From Methanomicrobiales archaeon (GTDB lineage: Archaea; Halobacteriota; Methanomicrobia; Methanomicrobiales; JACTUA01), in NCBI GenBank assembly GCA_015660865.1, contig JACTUA010000006.1, forward strand, positions 87,777 to 151,776: a DNA stretch of 64,000 nucleotides. The letters are read 5' to 3'. Shown here piece by piece: positions 42,745-50,570 of the stretch (the stretch's first letter is position 1; each line of letters begins with the position of its first letter). A program made the translations under genes and the position numbers. The notes under the pieces were generated by a model that was not told the DNA's origin, did no database searches, and saw nothing but the letters and a program-made list of their open reading frames with translations.

Positions 42745-43200
42745 TTAAATTCTTCCCTTTCTCCCGCTGCAGACAGCCCGCTCCATCGCGAGGAGGTCCT
42801 TCTTGATCTCGATCGGCGGGGTGAACCCCCCGATCCCGTGCTTCGAGACGATCCGGTGGCACGGGATGACGAGGGGGGTCGGGTTCCGCGCCATGGCCTG
42901 GCCGACGGCCCTCGGGGCGGTCCCCACCGTCTCCGCGATCTCCCCGTAGGTGGCCACCTCGCCGTACCCGACCTTCCGCACGGCGCGGTAGATGGCCGCA
43001 GTCTTCCCATCACCCTCATCGGCAGGGGAGGCAATGCCCGTGAGGTCCACCTCCTGGCCCATGAGATACCTGCGTATCAGGGGATGAATGGGCCCGGACG
43101 GGCCCGTCCTCCCGAAATGAACCCGGTACACGGCATCGCCCTGCCAGCTCACCGTCACCACCCAGAGCCCGAACGGGTGGGATCCGGTTATCACCGCCAT
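42745..43200 (-). CDS. ogt: Methylated-DNA-protein-cysteine methyltransferase
   Basis: 151 aa with active site IPCHRIV preceded by YGEIA...PRAVG.A...NP. The start overlaps the helicase stop. Confidence 0.85.
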   Translation of the reverse strand: MAVITGSHPFGLWVVTVSWQGDAVYRVHFGRTGPSGPIHPLIRRYLMGQEVDLTGIASPADEGDGKTAAIYRAVRKVGYGEVATYGEIAETVGTAPRAVGQAMARNPTPLVIPCHRIVSKHGIGGFTPPIEIKKDLLAMERAVCSGRKGRI

Positions 43201-45197
43201 CTCTTCACCAGCTCCCCGAACCCTTCCAGCCCGGTCTCCATTATCTCCTCACGGATCCAGGCGGGGAGAGCCCTTCGGATCTGCGGATCAAGAAACCTCT
43301 GCTCGCAGAGAACAAGGAACCCACGGTCCTCGGGGGACCGGATCACCCTCCCCAGGGCCTGCAGCGCACGGTTCATCGCCGGGAGCGTATAGGAGAGGAA
43401 CTCCCCCTCGTCCCCGAACTTCCTCCTGAAGTAATCAATGACCATGGCCCGGACCCGGGTGTAAGGCGCGAGAGGGAGGCCCACCACCATGGCGCCGGTC
43501 AGGAGCTCCCCGCGGTAGTCGAGCCCCTCGCTCCACTTGCCCCCGCAGACGGCGAAGATCACGCCGGCCTTGCCCTGTTCGGGCAGCCGGAGGAAGGCGC
43601 GGAGCGCGGCAGATGCGTCCACCGAGTCCCTGGGTTCGACGATGACCTCCTTGCCCCTGATCGCCCCCGCGCACCGGTCCGCGAAGGAGGAGAGGACCTG
43701 GTACGAGGGGAAGTAGACGGCAAGGTTCCCCGGAAGGCGGGCGAACTCCTTGATATAGCGATCGATCTTCTGGATGTTCCCCGCCTGGTCCCGCATGCTG
43801 TACAGGGTTGTCACGTCTTTTGCACCAACGACCATCCGGCGATCCTTCGGGAATGCATTCGGGAGGGTGAGGGTCGAGACCTTCTCTTCCCCGAAGTAGA
43901 GGCGCCGGAAGGATTCCACGGGGGAGAGTGTCCCGCTGATGAGGACGGTGCATGCGTGGGAGCGGGCCAGCTCCAGGATCTTCTCCTGGGGGTCGATGTT
44001 CCGGACCTCAAGGATCACCTCTTCGTCGTCCCGTCTGTACACGGTCAGGTAGGCGGGATCATGGGCAGAGAGGAAGATCCGGTAGAGGAAGGTCGTGAGC
44101 CGTTCTACGGCGCTCTCCCGGAACTCACCGGCCTTCATGTTCCTCTCACGGACGGCCTCGGAGACCGAGAGTATGTCGTCGACGATGGCTTCCATGTTCG
44201 CGTACAGGGACCCCTGGACCACCATCCGCTCGAAGATGGCGGGGTCGAACCAGTCCTCGCCCTCCCGGGATGCCCTGAGGAGCTCCATGAAGCGCCGCAC
44301 CTGGGGGAAGACTCTCCCCACGGCCTCGACGGCGGGGACCTTGCCCCTGAGCCTGAGGAGCTCTGATTCTGCGCCCTCCAGGTCCCTGTAGCCGAGGGAG
44401 ACCGACTGGACGGACTGGACCGCGTCCCCGAGGTTGTGGGCCTCGTCTATGAGGAGGAGGACCTCCGCAGCCTCGATGCCGAGCTGGAGGTAGAGCTGCT
44501 CGCGGATGCTCGAGTCAAAGACATGGTAGAAGTTCAGGAGGATGACATCCGCCCCCCGTGCGGCATGGAGCATCACCTCGTACGGGCAGCAGTCCCCCGA
44601 GGCGGCCGGGAGGTCCTCGGGCCAGACCGTCTCCCGGCTCACCCGTTCGGCCCGGGTGCGGAGATAGGCCGACGGGATCATCCGGAGGCCGGCCCCCTCC
44701 TCGGAGGAGAAGGCCCGGCTGTGGATGAAGGCGGGGCAGATGAGGGCATGTTCCGCCGCGGCCTTCCTGATCTGCTGCCTGATAAACCGGTCCTTGGACG
44801 GGACGAGGCATCCCGCCTCGGCGCGTTCCCGCATGAGGGCGGTGGAGAGGGACTTCAGCCCCTCGCACCGCCGGTAGATATCCCCCCCGCCCCCGAGCCT
44901 GCACATCTGGCCCTTGCCGATGAGGTAGGCGAACCTGAGGTCGGGCTGGCGTTTCCTGACGAGGGTGAGCTCGCGCACGAAGGTGGCGAGCTGGCTCACG
45001 GTCCGTACGGCGATGACGACGGTCCGCCCCCTCCGCTCGGCAAGGAGCGCCGATACGACGCTCGATTTGCCGCTCCCCGTCGGGGCGTCGATCATTGCGA
45101 TCCCGCCATTCCTCGCCGTTTCTGCGACGGCATCGAGCATCTGCCGCTGGTAGGGGCGGTAGGTCTCGTACGGGAAGTAGGCGGAGATGGCGTCCAT
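43191..45197 (-). CDS. XPD/Rad3-family (DinG-like) ATP-dependent DNA helicase
   Basis: 668 aa with Walker A DAPTGSGKS, DEAHNL, cysteines consistent with an Fe-S domain (C...C...CP...CCPYE), and C-terminal motifs GGKWSEGLDY and QALGRVIR. Confidence 0.85.
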   Translation of the reverse strand: MDAISAYFPYETYRPYQRQMLDAVAETARNGGIAMIDAPTGSGKSSVVSALLAERRGRTVVIAVRTVSQLATFVRELTLVRKRQPDLRFAYLIGKGQMCRLGGGGDIYRRCEGLKSLSTALMRERAEAGCLVPSKDRFIRQQIRKAAAEHALICPAFIHSRAFSSEEGAGLRMIPSAYLRTRAERVSRETVWPEDLPAASGDCCPYEVMLHAARGADVILLNFYHVFDSSIREQLYLQLGIEAAEVLLLIDEAHNLGDAVQSVQSVSLGYRDLEGAESELLRLRGKVPAVEAVGRVFPQVRRFMELLRASREGEDWFDPAIFERMVVQGSLYANMEAIVDDILSVSEAVRERNMKAGEFRESAVERLTTFLYRIFLSAHDPAYLTVYRRDDEEVILEVRNIDPQEKILELARSHACTVLISGTLSPVESFRRLYFGEEKVSTLTLPNAFPKDRRMVVGAKDVTTLYSMRDQAGNIQKIDRYIKEFARLPGNLAVYFPSYQVLSSFADRCAGAIRGKEVIVEPRDSVDASAALRAFLRLPEQGKAGVIFAVCGGKWSEGLDYRGELLTGAMVVGLPLAPYTRVRAMVIDYFRRKFGDEGEFLSYTLPAMNRALQALGRVIRSPEDRGFLVLCEQRFLDPQIRRALPAWIREEIMETGLEGFGELVKRWR

Positions 45198-45254
45198 GTA
45201 CAGCTATTCTTTCGACCCCAACTCCTTTTTACTCTTGCAGGATCACACCTCTTC

Positions 45255-46598
45255 ATGGCGATCCACCCCATCGACTCGCGCTACGGGACCCCGGAGATGC
45301 GCGCGGTCTGGACCGAGGAGCACCGTTTCTCATGTATCGTCCTCGCAGAGGTTTCCCTTGCGAGGGCCGAGGCCGCGTGCGGGCTCATCCCCGGGGAGGA
45401 TGCGAAGAAGATAGCAAGGGGGGCGAAGCGGGCATCCCTCGGGCGGGCGAAGGAGATCGAGGGCGAGATCCACCATGACATGATGGCGGTGGTGAAGGCC
45501 CTCTCCGAGGTCTCCGGCGAGGCCGGCCGGTGGGTCCACTTCGGAGCGACCTCGAACGACATCCTGGACACGGCCACCGGTCTCCAGCTGAAGGAGAGCC
45601 TCGCCCTCCTCGAGGCGAAGCTCGTCCGCCTCCTCTCCGTCCTCCTCCGGAGGGCAGGGGAGACCCGGGGCCTGGTCTGCGCAGCCCGTACGCATGGCCA
45701 GATTGGGATCCCCACCACCTACGGGATGCGGTTCGCCCTATGGGCGTCGGAGGTGGCACGACACCTTGAGCGGCTCCGAGAGATCCGCCCCAGGGTGGAG
45801 GTGGGGAAGCTCACAGGAGCGGTGGGAACAATGGCCGCGCTCGGGAAGGACGGGTTCGCCGTGCAGGAGAGGCTGATGGAGGATCTCGGCCTCTGCACCG
45901 TCGACATCACCAACCAGATCGTGCCGAGAGACCGGTACGCCGAGTATTTCATGTTCCTCGCCGGCCTCGCGACGACCCTCGATCGCATCGCCATAGTGAT
46001 CCGGACACTCCAGAGGACCGAGATCGGGGAGCTGGAGGAGCCCTTTGGATCGAAACAGGTGGGTTCGAGCACCATGCCCCACAAGAGGAACCCGATCAAG
46101 TCGGAGCAGGTCTCGGGTCTCGCGCGCATCGTCCGCACCGCGGTGGAGCCTGCCCTCCAGAACAATACCCTCTGGGACGAGAGGGATCTCACCAACTCCT
46201 CCTGCGAGCGGGTCATCTTTCCCGAGGCGACCATCCTCACCGACCATATCCTCCAGGTGATGACCTGGGTGCTCGACGGGCTCACCATCAACAGGGAGAA
46301 CGTCAGGAAGAACCTCACCATCCTGGACGGCATCCCCATGTCTGAATCCGTCATGGTGGAGCTGACGAAGCGGGGGATGAGCCGGCAGGACGCCCACGAG
46401 GCGGTGCGGGTGGCGAGCATGGAGGCCATCCGGAAGAAGGAGGACCTTGCCATCATCCTCGCAGGGAACCCGCAGGTGAAGAGGTTCCTCACCCGCAGGG
46501 AACTCGCGAGCCTCCTCGACCCCTCGAAGTATATCGGCACCGCCCCTGAGCAGGTGGATCGGGTCATTCTCCTACTCTCGCCCCTATGCGTCTCCTAG
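45255..46598 (+). CDS. purB: Adenylosuccinate lyase
   Basis: The start is placed at ATG 45255 (MAIHPIDSRYGTPEM). It has the fumarate-lyase signature GSSTMPHKRNP and the motifs HFGATSNDI and TYGMRFA. Confidence 0.9.
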   Translation: MAIHPIDSRYGTPEMRAVWTEEHRFSCIVLAEVSLARAEAACGLIPGEDAKKIARGAKRASLGRAKEIEGEIHHDMMAVVKALSEVSGEAGRWVHFGATSNDILDTATGLQLKESLALLEAKLVRLLSVLLRRAGETRGLVCAARTHGQIGIPTTYGMRFALWASEVARHLERLREIRPRVEVGKLTGAVGTMAALGKDGFAVQERLMEDLGLCTVDITNQIVPRDRYAEYFMFLAGLATTLDRIAIVIRTLQRTEIGELEEPFGSKQVGSSTMPHKRNPIKSEQVSGLARIVRTAVEPALQNNTLWDERDLTNSSCERVIFPEATILTDHILQVMTWVLDGLTINRENVRKNLTILDGIPMSESVMVELTKRGMSRQDAHEAVRVASMEAIRKKEDLAIILAGNPQVKRFLTRRELASLLDPSKYIGTAPEQVDRVILLLSPLCVS

Positions 46599-47584
46599 GC
46601 TGGGTAGAGTCGGGTGGGAAGAGACTCATCAGCCCCGAGATAGAAGGAATTATCGGCGAGGACCCGCGAAAGGTCGCTCGCTTCGGGGGCGAGTTCTCCC
46701 TCTCGTGGAACGGCTGCACGGCAACCGATCGCCTCGGCGTCCTCGGCCTTCCGGGACCTCACGGGGTCATCACCTGCCGAGGAAAGGTTGTCGGGGAGGT
46801 CAACCCGGATCCACCGGTCCTCGGCCTCGAAGAAGCCATACGCACCGCGGTCAGGCTCAGGGCAGACGAGGGGGCAGTCGCCCTCTCGGGCGGTGTGGAC
46901 TCCGCCCTCATCGCCTCACTCGCAGGGCTCCCGTGCGTAACCGTGGGGATGGCAGAGTCCCGCGACCTGGAGAGAGGATCGGAGGTGGCTCGTACCCTTG
47001 GTCTCTCCTGGGAGGGAGTGATCGTCACCTCCGATGACGTGGAGACCGCCCTCCCGCAGGTGATATCGGCGATCCCGAGGGCGACGCCTCTGGACGTTGC
47101 CGTCGCAACCGGCCTCTTCTTTGTGGCCCGATGGGCCGGGGAGGAGGGGCATCGGCGTATCCTCGTCGGCCAGGGAGCGGACGAGCTCTTCGGGGGATAC
47201 GCCCGGCACCGCATGGCCATTGACCTCCCCCCGATGCTCGCCAGGGACTTTGCGGGCCTCAGGGACCAGGCCCTGCGGGACCAGGCGGTTGCACGGATCC
47301 ACGGGACCTGTTTCTCCCTCCCCTACCTGGACCTGCGGGTGGTGCGCGCTGCCCGGTCCCTACCGGCAGAGGGTCTGGTATCGGCCGATACCGGGAAGAT
47401 CCCGCTGAGGGAGGTGGCAGCGCGTATCCTCCCGCCGGATATTGCCTTCGCCCCGAAGAAGGCGATGCAGTACGGGAGCGGGATCGCGGGAGCCATCCGC
47501 GGGCTCGCACGTAAAAACGGTTATAAAAGGTCGGTGCAAGGGTACATAATCCAGATTTCCGGGGGCAGAGATGGTCTCACCTGA
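46586..47584 (+). CDS. Asparagine synthase-like PP-loop ATPase lacking the N-terminal glutaminase domain
   Basis: 332 aa with PP-loop ALSGGVDSALIA and GQGADELFGGY, as in the AsnB C-terminal domain. Only about 95 aa precede the PP-loop and there is no Cys2. It overlaps the purB end and the gatC start. Confidence 0.65.
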   Translation: MRLLGWVESGGKRLISPEIEGIIGEDPRKVARFGGEFSLSWNGCTATDRLGVLGLPGPHGVITCRGKVVGEVNPDPPVLGLEEAIRTAVRLRADEGAVALSGGVDSALIASLAGLPCVTVGMAESRDLERGSEVARTLGLSWEGVIVTSDDVETALPQVISAIPRATPLDVAVATGLFFVARWAGEEGHRRILVGQGADELFGGYARHRMAIDLPPMLARDFAGLRDQALRDQAVARIHGTCFSLPYLDLRVVRAARSLPAEGLVSADTGKIPLREVAARILPPDIAFAPKKAMQYGSGIAGAIRGLARKNGYKRSVQGYIIQISGGRDGLT

Positions 47585-47843
47585 CGACGTGGAGAAGATC
47601 GCGAACCTTGCGGATATCCGACTTTCCGGGGATCGGCTCGGCGAGTTCACCCGGGAGTTCAACGCCATCCTCGAGTACTTCGACATCCTGGACACCGTCG
47701 CTGAGGAGGCAGGAGAGAAGAGGGGTGAGTTCAATATCATGCGCGAAGACGAGGTCACCCCGTCCCTCCCCCAGGGCGAGGTCCTCGCCCTCCCCCGGGA
47801 TTCCGAGGAAGGATTCATCAGGGCACCGAGGGTGATGGAGTGA
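47571..47843 (+). CDS. gatC: Asp/Glu-tRNA amidotransferase subunit C
   Basis: 90 aa. VEKIANLADIRLSGDRLGEFTREFNAILEYFD is the GatC pattern, and the gene directly precedes gatA. Confidence 0.85.
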   Translation: MVSPDDVEKIANLADIRLSGDRLGEFTREFNAILEYFDILDTVAEEAGEKRGEFNIMREDEVTPSLPQGEVLALPRDSEEGFIRAPRVME

Positions 47844-49141
47844 AGGCCCAGGGCCCTGTCACCGGGGAAGACCCGTTCAACGCCTTCATCACGCGCTGCG
47901 AATGGAAACCCGGCGGGAAGGGAATGCTCGCGGGGATCATGGTCGCGGTGAAGGACAACATCTCCACCCGCGGGATCCCCACGTCCTGCGGCTCGAGGAT
48001 CCTCGAGGGCTATACTCCCCCGTACAACGCCCATGTCGTGGATCTCATCCTCCGCGAGGGAGCCGGGATCGCCGGGAAGACCAATATGGACGAGTTCGGC
48101 ATGGGCTCCTCCACCGAGAACAGCGCCTTTGGCCCCACGAAGAACCCTGCCGATCCCTCACGGGTTCCCGGGGGATCCTCGGGGGGCTCGGCAGCCGCCG
48201 TCGCCGCGGGGATGGTCCCCATGGCCCTCGGGTCCGACACCGGCGGGTCCATCCGGTGCCCGGCCGCCTTCTGCGGGATCGTCGGCCTGAAACCCAGCTA
48301 TGGCCGGGTCTCACGGTACGGGCTCGTCGCCTATGCCAACTCCCTGGAGCAGATCGGTCCGCTCGCGAGGACAGTTCGCGAGGTCTCCCTCCTCATGGAG
48401 GTGATCAGCCGGTATGACCCCCGGGACAGTACCATGGGGGACCGGCCTTTTACACCCCGGCTCACCGGTGAGGTGAAGGGTCTCCGGATCGGGGCCCCTG
48501 CCGAGTTCTTCGGGGCCGGTGTGGACCCTGCTGTCGGGGAGAGTGTGCGGGAGGCAATCGGGCTTCTGGAGCAGTCGGGAGCATGCGTGGTCCCCTGCTC
48601 GATGCCCTCGATGGCGTATGCCCTCGCGGCGTACTATGTCACCTGCACGAGCGAGGCATCCTCGAACCTCGCACGGTTCGACGGGGTCCGCTACGGGACT
48701 CCTGACGATATCCGGAAGCCCTGGCACGATGCCTTCCGGGAGGTCCGGGCAAAGGGGTTCGGCGAGGAGGTCCGCCGGAGGATCCTCCTCGGGACCTTCG
48801 CCCTCTCGGCAGGCTATTACGGGAAGTACTATGCAAAGGCCCAGGCTGCGCGGAGGAACGTCAGCGCGGACTTCGCACGCATCTTCCGGGATGTGGACGT
48901 CATCGCAGGGCCCACTATGCCCACGGTTGCCTTCCGGATCGGGGAGAAGACCGATCCCCTCTCCATGTACCTCTCCGACATCCTGACCGTTCCCGCGAAT
49001 CTCGCGGGCATCCCTGCCGTGTCGGTCCCGTGCGGGAAGGTGAACGGCCTCCCCGTCGGCCTCCAGATCATGGGGAAGCCACTCGAAGACGAGCGGGTTC
49101 TCGATGTGGCTTATGCCTACGAGCAGGGGGCGGGGCGATGA
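47840..49141 (+). CDS. gatA: Asp/Glu-tRNA amidotransferase subunit A
   Basis: 433 aa with the amidase signature GGSSGGSAAAVAAG and catalytic KDNI and GSDTGGSIR. The GTG start overlaps the gatC stop. Confidence 0.95.
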   Translation: MKAQGPVTGEDPFNAFITRCEWKPGGKGMLAGIMVAVKDNISTRGIPTSCGSRILEGYTPPYNAHVVDLILREGAGIAGKTNMDEFGMGSSTENSAFGPTKNPADPSRVPGGSSGGSAAAVAAGMVPMALGSDTGGSIRCPAAFCGIVGLKPSYGRVSRYGLVAYANSLEQIGPLARTVREVSLLMEVISRYDPRDSTMGDRPFTPRLTGEVKGLRIGAPAEFFGAGVDPAVGESVREAIGLLEQSGACVVPCSMPSMAYALAAYYVTCTSEASSNLARFDGVRYGTPDDIRKPWHDAFREVRAKGFGEEVRRRILLGTFALSAGYYGKYYAKAQAARRNVSADFARIFRDVDVIAGPTMPTVAFRIGEKTDPLSMYLSDILTVPANLAGIPAVSVPCGKVNGLPVGLQIMGKPLEDERVLDVAYAYEQGAGR

Positions 49142-50568
49142 CGGTCATCATCGGGCTCGAGATCCACTGCCAGCTCACCACGAGGACGAAGCTCTTCTGC
49201 GGCTGCTCCACCGATTACCGGAACGATCCCCCGAACACCCACACCTGCCCCATCTGCCTTGGCCTCCCCGGCACCCTCCCATGCCTCAACCGGAAGGCAG
49301 TCGAATACGCTCTGAGGGTGGCAAAGGCCCTCAACTGCACCGTCCTCGAGGAGGCCGAGTTCGCGCGGAAGAACTACTTCTACCCCGACCTCCCCAAGGG
49401 GTTCCAGATCACCATGTACGACCGGCCCCTCGCCGTGGACGGGCACCTGGAGATCGAGGCAGACAACGGCACCGAGAAGAGGATCCGCATCACCCGGGTC
49501 CATATGGAAGAGGACCCGGGCAGGCTCGTCCACGTCGGGAGCGGGGACCGTCCACGGTACTCCCTCGTGGATTACAACCGGAGCGGCATCCCTCTCATCG
49601 AGATCGTGACCGACCCCGACCTCCGGTCCCCGAAGGAGGCCAGGCGGTTCATCAACACCCTGCGCACGACCCTCGAGTACCTCGGGGTGTTCGACGGCGA
49701 TCGGGAGGGGGGCCTCAGGGTGGATGCCAACATCTCCATGGAGAGGGGATCCCGGGTGGAGGTGAAGAACATCTCGTCTTACAAGGGTGTTGAGAAGGCC
49801 CTCACTTTCGAGATCACGAGGCAGCGGAACGTTATCCGGCGGGGCCTCTCGGTCGAGCGCGAGACCCGCCACTTCCTGGAGGCACGGGGGGTCACGACCT
49901 CTGCAAGATCCAAGGAGGAGGAGCATGACTACCGCTACTTCCCCGAACCCGATCTCCGGCCCCTCAGGGTCAGGGAGTGGTGCGATGCCATCGTGCTCCC
50001 CGAGCTCCCCGCTGCACGGCGGGTGCGCTTTGCAGACTCTTTCGGCGTCTCGCCATCTCATGCCCGCACCCTGTGCGGAGACCTGAAGCTCGCAGACTTC
50101 TTCGAGGAGGTGGTCGTCTGCGGGGATCCGATCCTCGCTGCCACCTGGGTCGCAGACACCCTCCTCGGGGAGGTGTACTACCGGGATATGGAGATCGCGC
50201 GGGTTCCGGCCGGTCACTTCGTGGAGCTCCTCCGGCTCCTGAAGAAGAAAGAGATCACGGACAAAGGAGGGGTAGAGGTGCTGAGGGCCATCCTCGACCA
50301 GAGTGCCAGGGGCGAGGTCCCCGAGACCCCTGCAACGATCGTCGCCCGGCTGAACCTCGGGAAGGCTGCCGGGGATGCCTTCGGGCCGGTCATCCGCGAG
50401 GTGGTCGAGTCCTGCCCTGCGGCGGTCCAGGACTTCAGGAACGGGAAGCCCGAGGCCCTCAACTACCTGGTGGGCCAGGCCATGAAGCGTACCCGGGGCA
50501 GGGCTGACCCGAAGGAGCTCGCCCGGATGATCCGGGAGGCCATCGGGGGTTCGGGGGTGACGGGGTGA
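49138..50568 (+). CDS. gatB: Asp/Glu-tRNA amidotransferase subunit B
   Basis: The start is placed at ATG 49138 (an ATGA overlap). MTVIIGLEIHCQL...KLFCGC, VHMEEDPG, NRSGIPLIEIV and a C-terminal YqeY-like tail are present. Confidence 0.95.
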   Translation: MTVIIGLEIHCQLTTRTKLFCGCSTDYRNDPPNTHTCPICLGLPGTLPCLNRKAVEYALRVAKALNCTVLEEAEFARKNYFYPDLPKGFQITMYDRPLAVDGHLEIEADNGTEKRIRITRVHMEEDPGRLVHVGSGDRPRYSLVDYNRSGIPLIEIVTDPDLRSPKEARRFINTLRTTLEYLGVFDGDREGGLRVDANISMERGSRVEVKNISSYKGVEKALTFEITRQRNVIRRGLSVERETRHFLEARGVTTSARSKEEEHDYRYFPEPDLRPLRVREWCDAIVLPELPAARRVRFADSFGVSPSHARTLCGDLKLADFFEEVVVCGDPILAATWVADTLLGEVYYRDMEIARVPAGHFVELLRLLKKKEITDKGGVEVLRAILDQSARGEVPETPATIVARLNLGKAAGDAFGPVIREVVESCPAAVQDFRNGKPEALNYLVGQAMKRTRGRADPKELARMIREAIGGSGVTG

Positions 50569-50570
50569 AC

